This document shows, piece after piece, positions 25,757 to 29,213 of a stretch of DNA of 29,213 nucleotides; positions within the stretch are counted from its first letter, which is position 1; the number at the start of each line of letters is the position of its first letter. The notes beneath the pieces are model-generated. The model had not been told where the DNA came from, made no database searches, and was given only the letters and a program-made list of their open reading frames with translations. The position numbers and the translations under genes are program-made. This DNA is from a virus (taxonomy: Duplodnaviria > Caudoviricetes): IMG/VR virus record IMGVR_UViG_3300020045_007193, positions 1 to 29,213 of that record. One strand, given 5' to 3'.

Positions 25757-25957
25757 TTAGGGTTTTGGCGGGATTGGCATCCAATGAGTAATATTATTTT
25801 GTTGATTAAGCGACCCACTTCTTATCCATCTATCTAAATGCTTATAATAAACCCCACTAAAAACATTGTCAGGGTAAAGCATAGATGTATCCATAAAAAA
25901 AACTTTCATTGTATTTTCAGGCAATATGTCTTTTACGCTTATCCATTCTTTTATCAT
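25757..25957 (-). CDS. DUF551-like protein (second paralogue)
   Basis: EWISVKDILP...ITHWMPIPPKP. Confidence 0.85.
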   Translation of the reverse strand: MIKEWISVKDILPENTMKVFFMDTSMLYPDNVFSGVYYKHLDRWIRSGSLNQQNNITHWMPIPPKP

Positions 25958-26015
25958 ATCGTTTTAAGTTTTTGATGATGAAAAATGCCGTCAGTAAGTT
26001 CTTTTTCTGCGGCTT

Positions 26016-26135
26016 CTATTTTGTTTTTTTTTGTACTGCTCTCCAACATTTAGGGCTGCAATAGATTTGAACGTTGTTTCTTTTAAGGTCAGGCTCAAAA
26101 GTGTTGGAGCATTCAGGATTTCCGCAGGGTTTCAT
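26016..26135 (-). CDS. 39-aa zinc-finger-like protein MKPCGNPECSNTF...YCSPKCW (not in ORF track)
   Basis: CxxxxC...YCSxxC; ends just after an A9 tract. Confidence 0.6.
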   Translation of the reverse strand: MKPCGNPECSNTFEPDLKRNNVQIYCSPKCWRAVQKKTK

Positions 26136-26138
26136 AGA

Positions 26139-26798
26139 TTAAGGGTTTAGTTCTGTTGCAGATTTGTCAATTGCTAATCCTTTTTCAATAAGCCCGAATA
26201 CATCAAAATGACATTCAAATAACTTTTGGAACAACTCAAACTTATTTAATCGGAGTTGATTATTTGGTGTGTCGTGCTGGTCTATGTGTCTAGTTGAAAA
26301 CCTGAAATCTTGCTGCCATTCAAAGTCCATACTAAAACCATAAACAAAAACTTCATCTTTTACGGTTAATCCAAAATCGTTGTAATCCCAGCCGTGCATA
26401 ACAAAGTTTTGAAGTGATTTGTCCGGCGAGCCAAATATTTGCGTATACGCTATCTCGAAAAGTTCAATAAGTTGGTCGCTTGTAAGGTCAGAAAGTGGAC
26501 GAAGGATAGGATAGAATTCGTTCCCGTTATAAAAAGACTTTAGCCCCTGCTGCATTATCCCAATGTGGGCAACCCAATAATCATTAAAAAATGAAAGCCT
26601 TTTTATTTTACCAATCTTCAGCCCTTTAACTATTTGTGGTTGAGGGTGTGAATCTAAATACCCTGCTGAACTTAAAGAATTTTTAAATTTAGTATTCCAT
26701 TCTTTTAGATCTTTACCATTCGTAATGCCTTCATATTGGCATTTCAGCCCGTAAGGCAAATAAGGGGCGATATGTTCTAACAAAAGTTTGTTTTCCAT
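26139..26798 (-). CDS. Phage protein of the APYLPYGLK...PILRPLSDLT...HFDVFGLIEKGLAID type
   Basis: Motif pattern recalled from Bacteroidota phages; start at 26798 coupled to the upstream stop. Confidence 0.75.
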   Translation of the reverse strand: MENKLLLEHIAPYLPYGLKCQYEGITNGKDLKEWNTKFKNSLSSAGYLDSHPQPQIVKGLKIGKIKRLSFFNDYWVAHIGIMQQGLKSFYNGNEFYPILRPLSDLTSDQLIELFEIAYTQIFGSPDKSLQNFVMHGWDYNDFGLTVKDEVFVYGFSMDFEWQQDFRFSTRHIDQHDTPNNQLRLNKFELFQKLFECHFDVFGLIEKGLAIDKSATELNP

Positions 26799-27139
26799 TA
26801 CGATGCAAGTGTTTGAGGTGAACAGATAGAACCGATTGATTGAAATATTGAATTCCACGGGTCACGGCTTTTTGGTGGGTTTGGGAAATCCCGATAGTAT
26901 CCAAACAAAAATTCACTTACAAGGGTTTCAAGCTCCGAATAATCCAAACAGATAGCAACAGGGCTATAATCATATTTGTAATCAGGATTGCCTTTAAACT
27001 GCATTAAAGTAACCCTGTATGTATCTTCGTCCTCTGATTCAAGTTCAATAGTCCAAACACCGACTATTAATTCTTTGTATTCACCGCCAACTAGCTTTTT
27101 AGCTTTAATTGGATGTTCAAATGATGTGTGTCTTTTCAT
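26798..27139 (-). CDS. Hypothetical protein
   Basis: 113 aa. Confidence 0.7.
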   Translation of the reverse strand: MKRHTSFEHPIKAKKLVGGEYKELIVGVWTIELESEDEDTYRVTLMQFKGNPDYKYDYSPVAICLDYSELETLVSEFLFGYYRDFPNPPKSRDPWNSIFQSIGSICSPQTLAS

Positions 27140-27176
27140 AACTTTGATTGATTGTTTAACTTTAAGTGAAATGATT

Positions 27177-27203
27177 AGCCTTGCCTGACCGCAGGGCTTT
27201 TTT
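27177..27203. promoter_or_regulatory. Intergenic hairpin of the AAAGCCCTG family
   Basis: AGCCTTG...CAGGGCT stem followed by a T-tract on +. Confidence 0.5.
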
Positions 27204-27420
27204 AATGTTTGCCGTCTTCATAAGAGCCGATTAATAAATTTGGCACAACTCCCGTATCATTTGTTTTAGCCATTGATTCGTCATAGTTGAACTCGGCTAC
27301 CATTTTATAGTCGTGCGAATATCCTTTGCCGAAGTCCTCAACAATTAAATAGGCATCAAACTTTATTAGCAGTTCTTTCAGTTCCTTGTGGAACAACTGT
27401 TGTTTTTCTTCGGGTGTCAT
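27202..27420 (-). CDS. Hypothetical protein
   Basis: 72 aa. Confidence 0.7.
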   Translation of the reverse strand: MTPEEKQQLFHKELKELLIKFDAYLIVEDFGKGYSHDYKMVAEFNYDESMAKTNDTGVVPNLLIGSYEDGKH

Positions 27421-27426
27421 ATCAAA

Positions 27427-27525
27427 TTATTTAAAGTGAGTTAAAACAAAAACGGCAATCAGAACAAGTCCAACTGCCGCAATAAAATCTGTGCTAGTAA
27501 TGTGTGATATTGTCTTTCTGGTCAT
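27427..27525 (-). CDS. 32-aa single-TM peptide MTRKTISHITSTDFIAAVGLVLIAVFVLTHFK (not in ORF track)
   Basis: Fills the gap between genes. Confidence 0.55.
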   Translation of the reverse strand: MTRKTISHITSTDFIAAVGLVLIAVFVLTHFK

Positions 27526-27527
27526 TG

Positions 27528-27842
27528 CTAGGGGGTTTTTAATATTTTGATGTGGGTTTCTGATTCGTCTATTTCAATGTCACACAGACTTCCCAATTCC
27601 ATAGAACTGAAATCATTTCCGTTAAAATCAATTAGCTTGTTTAATGAGATAACGTTTTTATAGTTTTCTTTGTCCCATAGCTTTTCAAACCACTCGCTAC
27701 CAAGATTATTAATTGTAATGCTAAAATCTTGTGGCGTATCCCATCCCTGCGGATTTACATATACCCATCCATCACCATTTTTTATAGGTTCGTTAGTGAT
27801 TATTAGCGGCGTTTCTAATAGTAATAATTGTGCTTTTTTCAT
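27528..27842 (-). CDS. Hypothetical protein
   Basis: 104 aa. Confidence 0.7.
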   Translation of the reverse strand: MKKAQLLLLETPLIITNEPIKNGDGWVYVNPQGWDTPQDFSITINNLGSEWFEKLWDKENYKNVISLNKLIDFNGNDFSSMELGSLCDIEIDESETHIKILKTP

Positions 27843-27860
27843 AAAAATTGTTTTTTGTTT

Positions 27861-28073
27861 TTAAATAAGTGAGTGAAAGAATTTATAAGCGTTATCATCA
27901 TTAGAAGCGCAATACCTTAATAGTTGCTCTTGCCCTATTGATTTAAGAGAATTAAAATTCCCCATTGCGTTAATATGTAGCCCTGCATTAAATGTTTGAA
28001 CCATTTGCGTAAATAGCTGTTCTACACTTTCGCAGTTTTCTTCTTCTGCCAGTTGTCTTGCTGTCTTGCTCAT
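27861..28073 (-). CDS. Hypothetical protein
   Basis: 70 aa. Confidence 0.7.
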   Translation of the reverse strand: MSKTARQLAEEENCESVEQLFTQMVQTFNAGLHINAMGNFNSLKSIGQEQLLRYCASNDDNAYKFFHSLI

Positions 28074-28098
28074 TGTTGGAGGGGGTGAGACGTGAATA

Positions 28099-28332
28099 TT
28101 AATTGTATGGTCTTGTATCGATTGTGACTTTTATATCTTTGAATCTAGCCTCCAGGTCCTCTCTTTCGGATTCCTTATAATCCCCCAGATAAACGACTTT
28201 GCCATCTACGAGTAGAGCTCTTCCCCATCGATTTTCTTTATTATATTCAATGTGGCTTTCGAGCCATTCAGAATCAACACCATTCACCTTGTAATCTCCG
28301 TTCCGATAAACTCCGATAGTTGTATGTATCAT
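28099..28332 (-). CDS. Hypothetical protein
   Basis: 77 aa. Confidence 0.7.
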   Translation of the reverse strand: MIHTTIGVYRNGDYKVNGVDSEWLESHIEYNKENRWGRALLVDGKVVYLGDYKESEREDLEARFKDIKVTIDTRPYN

Positions 28333-28381
28333 TACATTAAATTTTGTTTGTTAATAAAAAAACCTTCTTTAGATAGGGGGA

Positions 28382-28603
28382 TTAAGAATTGATTATTGCT
28401 TCAATAATATTTTGAATGCTTTTGGGATTGTCAGTAACGCACAAACAAGTTTCGCCACTTTCGCCCCCAATCCACAATTCAACTTTTACCGCTTGCATTC
28501 TAAACCGTAAATAGGCATCCCCTTCGATATTTGCGTGAGCGTCTGAACTGTGGAAATATTTAACCATATCGTTTTTGAAGTATTTATATAAAATCTCTTC
28601 CAT
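28382..28603 (-). CDS. Hypothetical protein
   Basis: 73 aa. Confidence 0.7.
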   Translation of the reverse strand: MEEILYKYFKNDMVKYFHSSDAHANIEGDAYLRFRMQAVKVELWIGGESGETCLCVTDNPKSIQNIIEAIINS

Positions 28604-28608
28604 TGTAG

Positions 28609-28818
28609 TTAGCTCTTTATTTTTGGTAAAATATCTGTATCAAAATCTACAGAAAACAGTTTTTCAATTGTGTATACGAATTCAGATAACCTTGCTCTTG
28701 CAACAGCTAAACATGCTGAACTTTCGTGTGTATTTTTATTGTAAAATTCAGTACACGAATCTTTCAGTAGTTCATGTTCTTGTTGTATAAACTGTAATTG
28801 TTCAAATGATAATTCCAT
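28609..28818 (-). CDS. Hypothetical protein (likely start MELSF)
   Basis: ORF trimmed to a non-overlapping ATG. Confidence 0.6.
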   Translation of the reverse strand: MELSFEQLQFIQQEHELLKDSCTEFYNKNTHESSACLAVARARLSEFVYTIEKLFSVDFDTDILPKIKS

Positions 28819-28849
28819 AATTCTTGCAGCCTTAAAGCGGCTAACTGTT

Positions 28850-29095
28850 TTAGTTGAGTTTAAGTAAATTTTTATCGACAAAAGAAATTGAAATGTCTGT
28901 CCCATTTGAAAGCTTATATGTTTCTCCTAGCATTGAATAATCCACAATAACAAGGGTGTCATTCCCGACAATAACCTTTTGTCCTACCTTGTTAGATACT
29001 TTGGCTTCAATTTTATTAATGCCATTTACACAAAAAGCCATCATACCAATGCAAATAACAATGGCAACAACAGCCCCGATAATTAATCCTTTCAT
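28850..29095 (-). CDS. N-terminally anchored membrane protein (likely start MKGLII)
   Basis: TM segment then a small beta domain; A-rich leader. Confidence 0.65.
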   Translation of the reverse strand: MKGLIIGAVVAIVICIGMMAFCVNGINKIEAKVSNKVGQKVIVGNDTLVIVDYSMLGETYKLSNGTDISISFVDKNLLKLN

Positions 29096-29213
29096 AATTG
29101 TTTGTTTTAGTAAGTAAAAAGAAGCGCCTACCATCAGCAACGAACTGAACGAATCCTCTTTGGTAGGCTATATTTGATGCAGTCAAGTCTTTCAACTATT
29201 ATTTACGGCTTTT

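Noticed and set aside
27453-27479. CGGCA...TGCCG terminator hairpin
   Set aside because: Lies within a plausible 32-aa TM ORF; weak stem with a long loop
2001-28790. Many short antisense or overlapping ORFs in the track (e.g. 2001..2186, 10723..10977, 10871..11089, 12158..12433, 17287..17547, 19807..20199, 28575..28790)
   Set aside because: They are shadows of well-supported genes or of attP, with S/L/F-rich antisense composition and no leaders
1-29213. Stop-codon reassignment or a diversity-generating retroelement
   Set aside because: Genes tile densely under the standard code with TAA, TAG and TGA all used as stops; no reverse transcriptase or adenine-mismatched TR/VR pair seen

Overview
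AT-rich fragment of a temperate tailed phage. The host is very likely Bacteroidota: TTTG-N20-TAnnTTTG promoters, A-rich leaders without Shine-Dalgarno, and signal peptides cleaved before Gln. 1-7583 (+) holds the end of the tail module, a signal-peptide-bearing repeat/LamG-like/SGNH protein, and a lysis cassette (membrane proteins, holin, GH24 lysozyme). A promoter-to-terminator structured small RNA candidate follows at about 7600-7736. 7726-10627 (-) is an accessory operon with its own promoter and an inserted NUMOD4-HNH endonuclease. 10697-10943 is an apparently intact attP (five arm-type repeats, a tRNA-3'-end-like core, a terminator) before a tyrosine integrase. 12073-29095 (-) is a long early region: Xis-like protein, NinG, DNA methyltransferase, DnaB helicase, replication initiator with iterons, YopX, an exonuclease plus Rad52/Sak-like recombinase, and many small ORFs. 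The most unusual signals are: (i) a coding-strand switch at an 18-bp near-palindrome inside the tail gene at the window start; (ii) cassette-like small genes bounded by direct repeats, C-tracts, shared hairpins and leftover gene tails; (iii) the post-lysin small RNA; (iv) an apparently exported fibre-like protein. All family calls come from motif recognition by eye; no searches were run.
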